DNA of 63,484 bases, filler included, from Thraustochytrium aureum (taxonomy: Eukaryota), in assembly GCA_012862495.1 (NCBI GenBank). It is 6 parts of 4 records of this genome, joined end to end, with 100 filler letters (N's around TTAATTAATTAA, not from the genome) between each part and the next. Parts side by side here need not be neighbours in the genome. Positions count along the whole stretch, not along the records: positions 1 to 14,236 come from BLSG01000383.1; positions 14,337 to 21,332 come from BLSG01000384.1; 4 more parts are not named here. One strand, written 5' to 3'. Shown here in pieces: positions 11,642 through 21,432 of the stretch. The first letter of the stretch is position 1. Each line of letters starts with the position of its first letter. The position numbers and the translations under genes were made by a program. The notes beneath the pieces were generated by a model. The model worked only from the letters and a program-made list of their open reading frames with translations, was not told the origin of the DNA and did not search any database.

Positions 11642-12810
11642 TTACGACATTACACCTGCTTCGAAAAATCGCAAGCTGCCGCTCTTGAACTCGGGCATGT
11701 CACCGTCAGGCACATCGGAGATGATGTCGCGCACTGCTGCCCGCCTGCCGCCGCTACCGTTCAGCAAGCCCTTGTTGACGTAGTACATGAAGAGATCCAC
11801 GTCGTCCAAGAGCCCGAGGCGGCGTAGCTTCTCGTCAAGCGTTGCACCGAGCACGGCGTGTGGAGGAACCCCCGCCTTTTCCATTTCAGGGAAAATCTCA
11901 TACAATGCAAAAAGGCGATGCGAGACGTCCGTCATCCCGAGCACGTTGACCAACACGTCGTCCATCTCCCTCGAGCTGTTTCGAACGGCTGCGCGCAAAT
12001 CAGATACGCCGGCAACAGGGCCAAGTCGCAGGGCCTTGCGCAGCTGAGCAGCGCGCGCGGCCTTGATGTACTTGACTTCGACCAGTCAAGCACCCCGCGG
12101 GCCGAGAGCAGTTTAAACGACTGCTCGGCGTCCATCTCAACGCTGCNNNNNNNNNNNNNNNNNNNNNNNNNNNNNNNNNNNNNNNNNNNNNNNNNNNNNN
12201 NNNNNNNNNNNNNNNNNNNNNNNNNNNNNNNNNNNNNNNNNNNNNNNNNNNNNNNNNNNNNNNNNNNNNNNNNNNNNNNNNNNNNNNNNNNNNNNNNNNN
12301 NNNNNNNNNNNNNNNNNNNNNNNNNNNNNNNNNNNNNNNNNNNNNNNNNNNNNNNNNNNNNNNNNNNNNNNNNNNNNNNNNNNNNNNNNNNNNNNNNNNN
12401 NNNNNNNNNNNNNNNNNNNNNNNNNNNNNNNNNNNNNNNNNNNNNNNNNNNNNNNNNNNNNNNNNNNNNNNNNNNNNNNNNNNNNNNNNNNNNNNNNNNN
12501 NNNNNNNNNNNNNNNNNNNNNNNNNNNNNNNNNNNNNNNNNNNNNNCTGCTGCTGCTGCTGCTGCTGCTGGATGTCGATATCGTATACACGGTGAATCTC
12601 GCTGCTTCGAGCCGGGATGTAAATGCCGGGCGAAACAAAGCTGTTAAACAGCTCTCTCTCGTCATGATAGTTCACCGCTGAGATCTGCACGATGCGGTTG
12701 AAGCCTGAGAATATGCTCAAGCCGCGACAGCCGGTTGTCTCGAGGTCAAAAACGATCGTTTTGCAACGCTTGTAGCCCGGTGGGACCGATCCCTCGTCGC
12801 AGAATGACAT
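11642..12810 (-). CDS. DEDDh (DnaQ/TREX-like) 3'-5' exonuclease with possible C-terminal HhH-like motifs (spans gap; frameshift near 12085)
   Basis: ExoI motif IVFDLETTG, RIVQISA, FNSFVSPG..IP...SEIH..D. After the gap the frame LVEVKYIKAARAAQL runs into ORF 11642-11998. ExoII/III motifs would fall in the N-gap. Confidence 0.75.
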
Positions 12811-12994
12811 GGTCTTGCTCAATCAAAAATAGGAGTTTGCTTGCTTGTTTGTTTGTTGCGCATCGGCTGCTCGCATGGACTGACTACACAGGCTGGCCTT
12901 TTAAAAACAAACACACATACACCGCGAAGACCCAAACACCCGTGGCCCGAAAAAACACCACCACACCACACTCTAAGCATAAGCAAAACAAACC
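12811..12994. promoter_or_regulatory. AT-rich bidirectional intergenic/promoter region
   Basis: Lies between divergent ATGs (12810 minus, 12995 plus); A/C-rich tracts (tttaaaaacaaacac, aagcaaaacaaaccATG) unlike the GC-rich upstream regions of most other genes. Confidence 0.5.
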
Positions 12995-13992
12995 ATGGAA
13001 GCCCGAACCAGCGTTGAGCATGAACACGCCCTCAAAGCATCCAGCGCGATTCGGCCTATTGGCCAGCACACGATAGCGACGATCGCGGGGGCCCAGCTGT
13101 ACCAGGCGGACCAAGCGGTGGGGGGTTGTGCGCCCTACTATCCAGCATGTTTTACGATGGATCCGGCGAGGATGTGGAGCAGAGCGGCATTAAGGTTGAG
13201 CAGCTCCTCGAGAGTACGCAAACACGCCTCAAAGAAATGCAAAAGTACAAGATGGAAACAGTTTCCGACCTCCAAACGATTGGCAAGTGCGCCACGAATG
13301 TTATACTCAAAGCGAAACAAACAGGGCATTCAGCGACTTCGGCTAGCACCATACAAACCCTCGCTGACGCGATGAAGATCAAGAAGGGGGAGCTGGTGAT
13401 GATCGAGCGCACGATTCAAATGCTTTTGCGGCAGATGCACGTCGTTCGCACCAACATGATGAGCAAGTCCATGATGGACCACAACAAGACCTTCAATACA
13501 GTCATGGGGGAGAATGGCAGAATGGTCGACACGGAAAGTATCATCGAGACTGTAGACGTCACTGACGAGATCTTCTCGACACACAGAGAAAACTTGGATG
13601 CGATCCACCAGGCCATGAACGTTGACCTCTTCGCAAGCCTCAATGACGATAGTAGCCCGGAGACCGCGGGCGCGCCAGGCGCAGCAAACTCCAACATCGC
13701 TGCCATGATCCGGGGCCTGGAGGAGTACATCGATCTGTCAGACGGAGTAGGTGGTGGCGGCCCCGTCGAGGCAGAAAAAAACGATGCCGTCAACAACTCT
13801 GATGCGGCCCAGAAGAGGGTTGGCACTAAACAGGAGATGGGTTCGATGGCGAGAGACGCCCAACTTGTCGCTGACCAGATACTCAGCAGGCTACCCGACA
13901 TCAATAAAGCCAAGCTTGCGAAGAAACCTGTGCTCGCCGGCCCGGAAGAATCTATTGTAGTGCCTCTAACGCAAAGTAATTTCATGATGTAG
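12995..13992 (+). CDS. Divergent Snf7/ESCRT-III (CHMP4-like) protein (frameshift in G-run 13120-13125, or start at ATG 13147)
   Basis: KIKKGELVMIERTIQMLLRQ...VM......VDTESIIETVD......RENLDAI aligns by eye without gaps to the CHMP4 helix 2-4 core as I recall it; basic N-half, acidic C-half, C-terminal LSRLPDI. Confidence 0.65.
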
Positions 13993-14280
13993 TAGTACTG
14001 TGGATCGCGCCAGACGAGAGACAGGACTCTCGCGAAGTGGGCTGAGTGGTGCGAAGTGCGTAGTGCGCAGTGCTGCTCCAAGTGTCGAAGCACACCGACC
14101 GACTGCTATTTTGTTATTTTGGCCTGCCTGCCTGCCTGCCTGTCTTCTGTCTGGATCAAAGTTTTCAACCGCTGGCGTGGAGCGCGCGCGGTCAGTCCAG
14201 AGTTGAGCTCTACAACCTGCTTCCCACTTGCGTGGGNNNNNNNNNNNNNNNNNNNNNNNNNNNNNNNNNNNNNNNNNNNN

Positions 14281-14292
14281 TTAATTAATTAA
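14281..14292. other. Artificial six-frame-stop scaffold linker TTAATTAATTAA (also at ~21377, 38649, 56304, 62420)
   Basis: Identical 12-mer embedded in ~44-nt N-runs on each side at five places. Confidence 0.95.
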
Positions 14293-14423
14293 NNNNNNNN
14301 NNNNNNNNNNNNNNNNNNNNNNNNNNNNNNNNNNNNGATTGGCGCGAGTGGTGCAAGTCGGCCAGGACGTCCTAGTCTAGCGTCCTTCAAGAACGGCTCG
14401 CCCTCCTCCGCACGCTGGCGCTT

Positions 14424-15005
14424 CTAGCTCACGTACTCGGCGAACAACAAGTCGCAGATCGTCGCCAGTTTGCCGTACTTGTCGGCCAGGGTGCCACGGA
14501 AGACCTTCTTGTCGTCGGCCACGTTCTGCAGATCTTCTTCGACAGCCACGCCGTACACAATCAACCCGACCACGGTCGCCACGACTTTGGCCTGCCTTTC
14601 GCCCTTGACTAGCTGGAAAAGCGCAACCTTCTGGATGAACTCGCTCCAGTCTGCCTCTTCCCAGCACTCTGGTTCCTGCGCGCTCATCTTGGCGTCGACC
14701 GCCTCCTTCACCGCCGCCACGGCTTCTTCCATCTTGGGGTCCAGCTTTCCAGCCACCTCCGGCTCTGTGGAGGGCTTGGCCTCGTGTGCGGTGGCCTCGG
14801 ATGCGGTGGCCTCCGATGCAGGAGCCTTGTTGTGGAGTTCTGGTCGCTCATCGCGCACAGCGGTCGACGCCGCGAGCGCGCTGCGCCGCCTCGCCCTTAT
14901 CTCCGCGCGCCGCTCGCCGCCCTGCCTTCGCCTTGTCCGCGCGCGCCTTAGTTGCTTGCGACAACGCGCTCGCAAGTGCAGCTTGGGCTTGTGTTCCTTT
15001 TCCAA
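14424..15005 (-). CDS. Hypothetical protein (core from MEEAVAAVKEAV...)
   Basis: Helical protein-like ORF with GC3-biased codons in its 3' half; no family recognised; start uncertain. Confidence 0.4.
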   Translation of the reverse strand: MEKEHKPKLHLRARCRKQLRRARTRRRQGGERRAEIRARRRSALAASTAVRDERPELHNKAPASEATASEATAHEAKPSTEPEVAGKLDPKMEEAVAAVKEAVDAKMSAQEPECWEEADWSEFIQKVALFQLVKGERQAKVVATVVGLIVYGVAVEEDLQNVADDKKVFRGTLADKYGKLATICDLLFAEYVS

Positions 15006-16416
15006 AATGCTCGGTCCCCAAACGCGTCGCCGTGGCCCGCACGCCGCGCGGCGCGGGAAACGCTGTCGTGCCCGAACGCGGCGCGCTTGATTCNNNNNNN
15101 NNNNNNNNNNNNNNNNNNNNNNNNNNNNNNNNNNNNNNNNNNNNNNNNNNNNNNNNNNNNNNNNNNNNNNNNNNNNNNNNNNNNNNNNNNNNNNNNNNNN
15201 NNNNNNNNNNNNNNNNNNNNNNNNNNNNNNNNNNNNNNNNNNNNNNNNNNNNNNNNNNNNNNNNNNNNNNNNNNNNNNNNNNNNNNNNNNNNNNNNNNNN
15301 NNNNNNNNNNNNNNNNNNNNNNNNTTGCCAGCCGGCCGTTTGAGCCGCCTCGCTGCCGAAAGTCTTGGCGTGCCTCCTGGAGGTCGTTTCGTGCCTCCCT
15401 CTCTTGCGAATCGTTTCGCCTCCGGACAGTAGCCGAGTGGCTAGCAAGCGGCTGGGCGCGCACCGAACGATGCGCGCGAGGATGACAATATCATCGCACC
15501 GATCGCGCGCCTCTTGACCATGAGCTCCACCCCACCCCGTCCTGCCGCGCCAATCAGATCGGTTCGGGCAAGCCACGAAGGGCGTGATTGTTTGCCTGTT
15601 CGGAATCGGCGCTGTAGCAGTGTCCAGGCACAGCGGCACCTGAACCTAAGCCCTCCGACTCTAGCTAGGTGCCTGCACGAAAAGAGGCGGAATTGAGGTT
15701 CAGCCAGCGGCCTCGAGAGCGCTGGCCACATACTGCAAACGGGTTCATCGGCACATGCTATGCCTATGGCCTCTTTCGCTCGAAGCAGCGCAGCTGCCAG
15801 TCGATCTGCCAAGCGCGGTTGGTGCACTTTGGCCGTGCATTGCGGGCGCACGGGCCTTGCGCGTCTCGCCTGCCTTTCTGTTCGAGTGTTCAACTGAACG
15901 AACGCCGACCTTGCGAAAGAATCGCGAACCAAGGACGAACTTGTTCGAGCATCTCGCCCCTTCGAGCCTGACGCACGCACGCTGGCGAGATTGGTTTGCG
16001 CAGAACGCGGTACTGTCGCGCCGCGGCAATTCCAACTCGACTTGGTCTTGCTTGACCTTCTTCATTCTGCTTCTCCTGTAACGGACTTGCTTTCTCTACA
16101 GTCCTCGCAAGCGCTGCAATTGAATTGATGAGCATACGCTTGCCTCGACTGCGCACGGCTGTGGCGCGATTGTCGTTTTGGCACGTCCGCGCGCGCTGCA
16201 ATCGTACCCGCCCCAGATTGGCATTCGCATGCAGACTTGGCCGTGCGGTCTGACTACTGCTTGGCGCTTCAGCGGTCCCGCCAAAAAGAACGCGACGCAG
16301 TTGTTGAGCCCCACACCAAGTCGCACAACCCGTGGAGCTGGCGTCTCCTTCACCTTTGAGATGCAGATGGCGCAGCTCATGTACACGACGCCCTCGCCCA
16401 AGCTGAGGTTCTTTAC

Positions 16417-16494
16417 GCAGCAGTAGCTCAGAATGCAGCAGTAGCTCAGAACGCAGCAGTAGCTCAGAACGCAGCAGTAGCTCAGAACGCAGCG
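16417..16494 (+). repeat. 18-bp minisatellite (gcagcagtagctcagaa[c/t]) x4 plus a partial copy
   Basis: Directly visible tandem copies. Confidence 0.9.
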
Positions 16495-17713
16495 TGTGGG
16501 AATCTACGGTTGCTCAAGTCAACGTCGGCTGGACCTCTGGGGCGTCTTTGTCCGCAGCGCGCAACTCCGAATGCGCCGACCTCTCGCTGGTCCAGCGAGC
16601 CCCACCAGGTCAGGTTCAGGACCTGTCTGGCAGCTTTGCCTGTTTTGCTTCTTCAAACAGCCCAAGCTCACCAGCGAGGTTGCCGGGCTGTCGCAAGACG
16701 AGGAAACGCGCAAGGTTCAGACGAAGTGGCGCTGGGACACTCATGCTCACGACGCAAGCATGCGCTTGGACCAACTCGACTTCTCAAGCTCTTGGGCACA
16801 GCGCTCTTCGCTAAGGCTCGCTTGCTTGACGCAAGGAAACCCGATTGGTNNNNNNNNNNNNNNNNNNNNNNNNNNNNNNNNNNNNNNNNNNNNNNNNNNN
16901 NNNNNNNNNNNNNNNNNNNNNNNNNNNNNNNNNNNNNNNNNNNNNNNNNNNNNNNNNNNNNNNNNNNNNNNNNNNNNNNNNNNNNNNNNNNNNNNNNNNN
17001 NNNNNNNNNNNNNNNNNNNNNNNNNNNNNNNNNNNNNNNNNNNNNNNNNNNNNNNNNNNNNNNNNNNNNNNNNNNNNNNNNNNNNNNNNNNNNNNNNNNN
17101 NNNNNNNNNNNNNNNNNNNNNNNNNNNNNNNNNNNNNNNNNNNNNNNNNNNNNNNNNNNNNNNNNNNNNNNNNNNNNNNNNNNNNNNNNNNNNNNNNNNN
17201 NNNNNNNNNNNNNNNNNNNNNNNNNNNNNNNNNNNNNNNNNNNNNNNNNNNNNNNNNNNNNNNNNNNNNNNNNNNNNNNNNNNNNNNNNNNNNNNNNNNA
17301 CTGCAGCTGCGCAGTTGCTCTCACTCCTGCTTAGGCTGATCTGCGCAACGCTCGGATACGTCGCCCACCTTTAACACCGCTACGAGGAATTGCAGCGTGG
17401 CGCCCGCAGCGTCCGAGGGCGCCTTTCCCTTGGTAAGCGGGATGCAGGCCTGCACGAGCTCGGCGTTGCCGATCTGTTTCCGCTGGTCGTCGTAGTGGCC
17501 TCGCCACGCTCGTAATCACGATCGCGGCGCCGCACTCGACCAGCGCGCTGGGCTGGCTGGATGAGTCGCCCTGCGAAAACGTGTCGCGACCCTCCTGGAA
17601 ATAGGCCTCCCTAGAGTCAAGCGCACGAGTGATTGCTGCGGCGCGGATGCCAACAGTTGAGTTGGTAAGCGAAGACAGCTACATCCATGCACTTCAATTT
17701 GCGGGCTATGGAT

Positions 17714-18868
17714 TTACGCTTTGTCATCCAGCGGGAGCGTGAAGCTGTTGTCCCGGCCCCAATTTTCAACAAGCTCCTTGAGAGCGGAGCGCTTGGCATT
17801 CGGCTTAAAGATGACTCCGACTTCCAGCAAGGAATTCGACATGACCTTGATCGTCGACTTATCGTCTTGGTCCATGTGTTCCGTCTGCACTAGGACGTGC
17901 TTGGCCGCGGCACCATCCTTGTCCACCGCGACTCGCTGGCGCCAGTACTGGTCGACCGCTGCCCGGTCCAGCGGTGCTGTCTGCACGTTTCTAATGGTCT
18001 CCGGCGTGACGAGAACTCGAAACTCAATCTCGGTGCGCGAACTAGCCAAACGGCTTTGAACGAGACTCGACTTGTCGCTCCAAAACATGGCGTCTGTGCC
18101 GCAGACAAACTTGGGCGCATTCGCGGGCAGCGTGGCGGTGTACACCACAAGTTTGAGCACTGTGCCGTCTTTGACAGCCAAGATTTTCCGGAGCTGGCTC
18201 ACAGAGGAGACTGCTCGACGGTGCTCCTTGCCGATCGTGCACTGGACCCCATGAACAGTGAAGGCCGCCTCGTTGTCTCCGCGGCCACCGGGTTGCTCGA
18301 CCTTCAGCATGTCGACAACGGGGAAGTTTGAGACCAGTGGGACGTAGAGCACGCCCTCCAGCATGCTCTCGAGGCGGACATGCGAAACGCGCGACTCCAT
18401 GTTCGAAAATTTGCACGGCAAGGTTCTGGAGCTCGGCCGCCGCTCGTTGAGATCCGTCGAATCACCGACGCGCGCGGACCAGCCCCAGTTTAGCCCCTCC
18501 ATGACGTACTTTGCGTCTGGCAACTTGCTTACGAAGCGTGCGCATGCGCGAGCCGCAGCCCCAGCCACCATAAACTTTATCGGCTGAGAAACACGGAGGC
18601 GACTCGAGTAGCGACGAAAAGCGAAAGTGTGACGGAACATCGCAGCGCGCGGCACAATATTAGTGAGCTGGAGACCCTCCAGACCAGTCCTGTGCGAACC
18701 GGACTCGTAGAAACCAAAAGTCTGATCTGAGGATGGCGAAGAGCCTGACGAAGGATGCGGTTCTGATGCGGCACGAATCGTCTGTGACAAGAAAGCAACT
18801 ACCGGTACGAACGAACTCGACACGTCTACTAGCTCAAGAGCACGTTGGCTTTCACTTCGGCCGCGCAA
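17714..18868 (-). CDS. Crinkler/RHS-type PD-(D/E)xK restriction-endonuclease-fold protein, C-terminal part (possibly degenerate)
   Basis: LYVPLVSNFPVVD ... GVQCTIGKEH matches the YxPxxxNFPxxD...QxT...H pattern of CRN/RHS REase domains; C-terminal LLEVGVIFKPNAKRSALKELV is HeH/LEM-like. 5' end is unclear near the gap. Confidence 0.6.
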   Translation of the reverse strand: MRGRSESQRALELVDVSSSFVPVVAFLSQTIRAASEPHPSSGSSPSSDQTFGFYESGSHRTGLEGLQLTNIVPRAAMFRHTFAFRRYSSRLRVSQPIKFMVAGAAARACARFVSKLPDAKYVMEGLNWGWSARVGDSTDLNERRPSSRTLPCKFSNMESRVSHVRLESMLEGVLYVPLVSNFPVVDMLKVEQPGGRGDNEAAFTVHGVQCTIGKEHRRAVSSVSQLRKILAVKDGTVLKLVVYTATLPANAPKFVCGTDAMFWSDKSSLVQSRLASSRTEIEFRVLVTPETIRNVQTAPLDRAAVDQYWRQRVAVDKDGAAAKHVLVQTEHMDQDDKSTIKVMSNSLLEVGVIFKPNAKRSALKELVENWGRDNSFTLPLDDKA

Positions 18869-19463
18869 AGTCGGCAGCGACGAGAGTGCGTTTTGCGCTG
18901 CTAGGCACTGTATTAATGGGTTTGCCCCTGGANNNNNNNNNNNNNNNNNNNNNNNNNNNNNNNNNNNNNNNNNNNNNNNNNNNNNNNNNNNNNNNNNNNN
19001 NNNNNNNNNNNNNNNNNNNNNNNNNNNNNNNNNNNNNNNNNNNNNNNNNNNNNNNNNNNNNNNNNNNNNNNNNNNNNNNNNNNNNNNNNNNNNNNNNNNN
19101 NNNNNNNNNNNNNNNNNNNNNNNNNNNNNNNNNNNNNNNNNNNNNNNNNNNNNNNNNNNNNNNNNNNNNNNNNNNNNNNNNNNNNNNNNNNNNNNNNNNN
19201 NNNNNNNNNNNNNNNNNNNNNNNNNNNNNNNNNNNNNNNNNNNNNNNNNNNNNNNNNNNNNNNNNNNNNNNNNNNNNNNNNNNNNNNNNNNNNNNNNNNN
19301 NNNNNNNNNNNNNNNNNNNNNNNNNNNNCTTGGACCAGTCCCGAAGGAACTGCACTGGCAATCAAAAGCCTGAAAATGGCAAAGAGCCTGGCGAGTATTG
19401 GCCTTGCAATGTCGGCACGAACCCTCCGCGACGAACTTGTTGACGACTCATGTGCAGTGATGT

Positions 19464-20464
19464 TCAGACGACCTTGCATGACAGGATTCTGTCTGTAAGG
19501 GGGAAATTTTCCTCGATGTAGCTCATGCCTCCTGCCATGAGGCGACCTTGATGTGGGCCTGGGCCGCGATTTGGGTGATTGATGATGTCGTTATACGCAT
19601 ACAGATTGTCAAAAACCTTGAGCATATCCTCTTCCGAGATGTAGCCGAGCGGCGCATCGTGCCGATTCACGCCATTCCTTTTTGAAAAGACACACGATCG
19701 ACCTCGTTGTGTTAGAATACTTCATCCAAACGAACGAATCTGTTGGACTGTGGGTCGCACCGCTCCGTGACAAAGTAACAGCGACGGCGAATGGGTTGGC
19801 CCAGCAGAACGGTCGATTCCAGCCTGACACCGTGACTTACCGTTTATTCCCGGTGATCGAAACAATAAAGTGGAACCCGCCAATCGAGGCTATCGTGCCG
19901 CGCCGCCAGGGATGTGCTCGCCTGCGAAGAACGCTCGCCTCATCATCACCCAAGCCACCGAAGGGGTTCTCGTCGCGCTGGGCTCCGCCCCGAAATTGGA
20001 TGAACGGATCCTTGTCCCTTGGCCGTCGTTTGGTTATCCCAAACTGCGTGATCACCTTGTTGACCCGAAAGAACGGGATGCCTTGGTCAAAGTAGCCTGC
20101 TTCGACGAGGCCGCGGAAAAAACGCGGTCCCGTTGGGCGCTAGGCTCGGCGTGAGAACCACCCTGAACGATCCTTTCGTCGTCACGCATTCGACGGCGCC
20201 GCCTTCCGGCGTCTTTTGGTCCAAGCTTTGCGCGGGTCTCCCGGGGACGAGCTGGGCGCGCACATCACTTCCGAGACTGCTTTCCTCGGAATCTGCTTTA
20301 CCAGCGGGAGGTGGCTTGAGGGCGGCGACGGCGACCGGCTCGTTGTCCTCCGCCTCAGCCATGAACGAGCGCACCGTCGCGACCCACACCAGGAGCAGCC
20401 CGAGCGCCACCGCCCACAGCGCGGGCCGAACCCATCCGCGCTGCGTCGGCCCCGCGCGCTGCAT
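19464..20464 (-). CDS. Membrane-anchored cyclophilin-like PPIase; intron 19678-19840, frameshift in A-run near 20120
   Basis: N-terminal TM; VECVTTKGSFRVVL...APNG..F..LV..GYF...FFRV...ITQFG; GTIA; GPHQGRL...Y...NFP. Splicing CG|gtaagt...aaaag|G restores GNKRNGVNRHDAPLG. Confidence 0.7.
19678..19840 (-). other. Spliceosomal GT-AG intron (163 nt)
   Basis: Canonical GTAAGT donor at 19840, pyrimidine tract then AG ending at 19678; removal restores the reading frame. Confidence 0.7.
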
Positions 20465-21432
20465 TAGCTGCGCTCCAGCTGCTGGTCGGGCGCCACAAGC
20501 AGGAAAGCAGGCGCACGCTGGCAGGTCGAAGAGCCACGCAGCCAGCCACCAGCCAGCGGTTGCGGGCTGGCCTCACCGGTCCGCGTGACAGGGCAGTCGG
20601 AGGCCGGGTGCGGCGCCGCGCTGCAGGTCGACTTGCGGCCGCGCCTGTGCTTGCAGATTGACTCGAGTAAGGGAGTACCGGCTCGAGCACTCACCTCGGC
20701 GGTATGTGCGGAGCACACCTGTCCTCACCGCACGGACGCCTGCACCTCTGCGCTGCCGCGGACCAGGAGCATGCTCAAACGCAAGACCAAGGTGTACTAG
20801 CCCGCGAAGGCGGCTGAGGCTTTTTTGGCCACGTTGGTCGTGAGCTTTTCGGCTTTCGGGGCAGTTTACCTTGGCCAAACAACTGGTGCTGGTGCGAACG
20901 CGGCCCCTCCTGCCGATATGGCCCAACGAGCGGGCGTGGGCTCCGAGGCACAGACCGACAAGCCGTTCGGGGTGCTTCGGGTTTCCGCAGAAGACCGCGT
21001 TCACGTTGGCAAGGGTGCAGTTGTCTCATCGATGTGGTACCAGCTTTCTGCGCAAGGCTGCGCGAGCAATCTACGAAATCAAAGTGGGCCCACCTCAGCA
21101 CGCGGCTTCTGTCGAGCGCAGGGCCTGCAGCCTCCAGAGCCTTCAGTGGAGTCTCCTCCCAATACGACCCAAGCGTCTGAATCTGTCGAGTTCACGAGAG
21201 CACGCACGCTGGTTCGCGATTTCTCGACGAGCTGAAGATGCCACCCACAGGCTCCCGTCCCCACGCCCCCCAACAACATACACACCCTTCACACCTCAGT
21301 GGCTGGAGCTCTCTAGTAGAGAGCTAAGTAGANNNNNNNNNNNNNNNNNNNNNNNNNNNNNNNNNNNNNNNNNNNNTTAATTAATTAANNNNNNNNNNNN
21401 NNNNNNNNNNNNNNNNNNNNNNNNNNNNNNNN

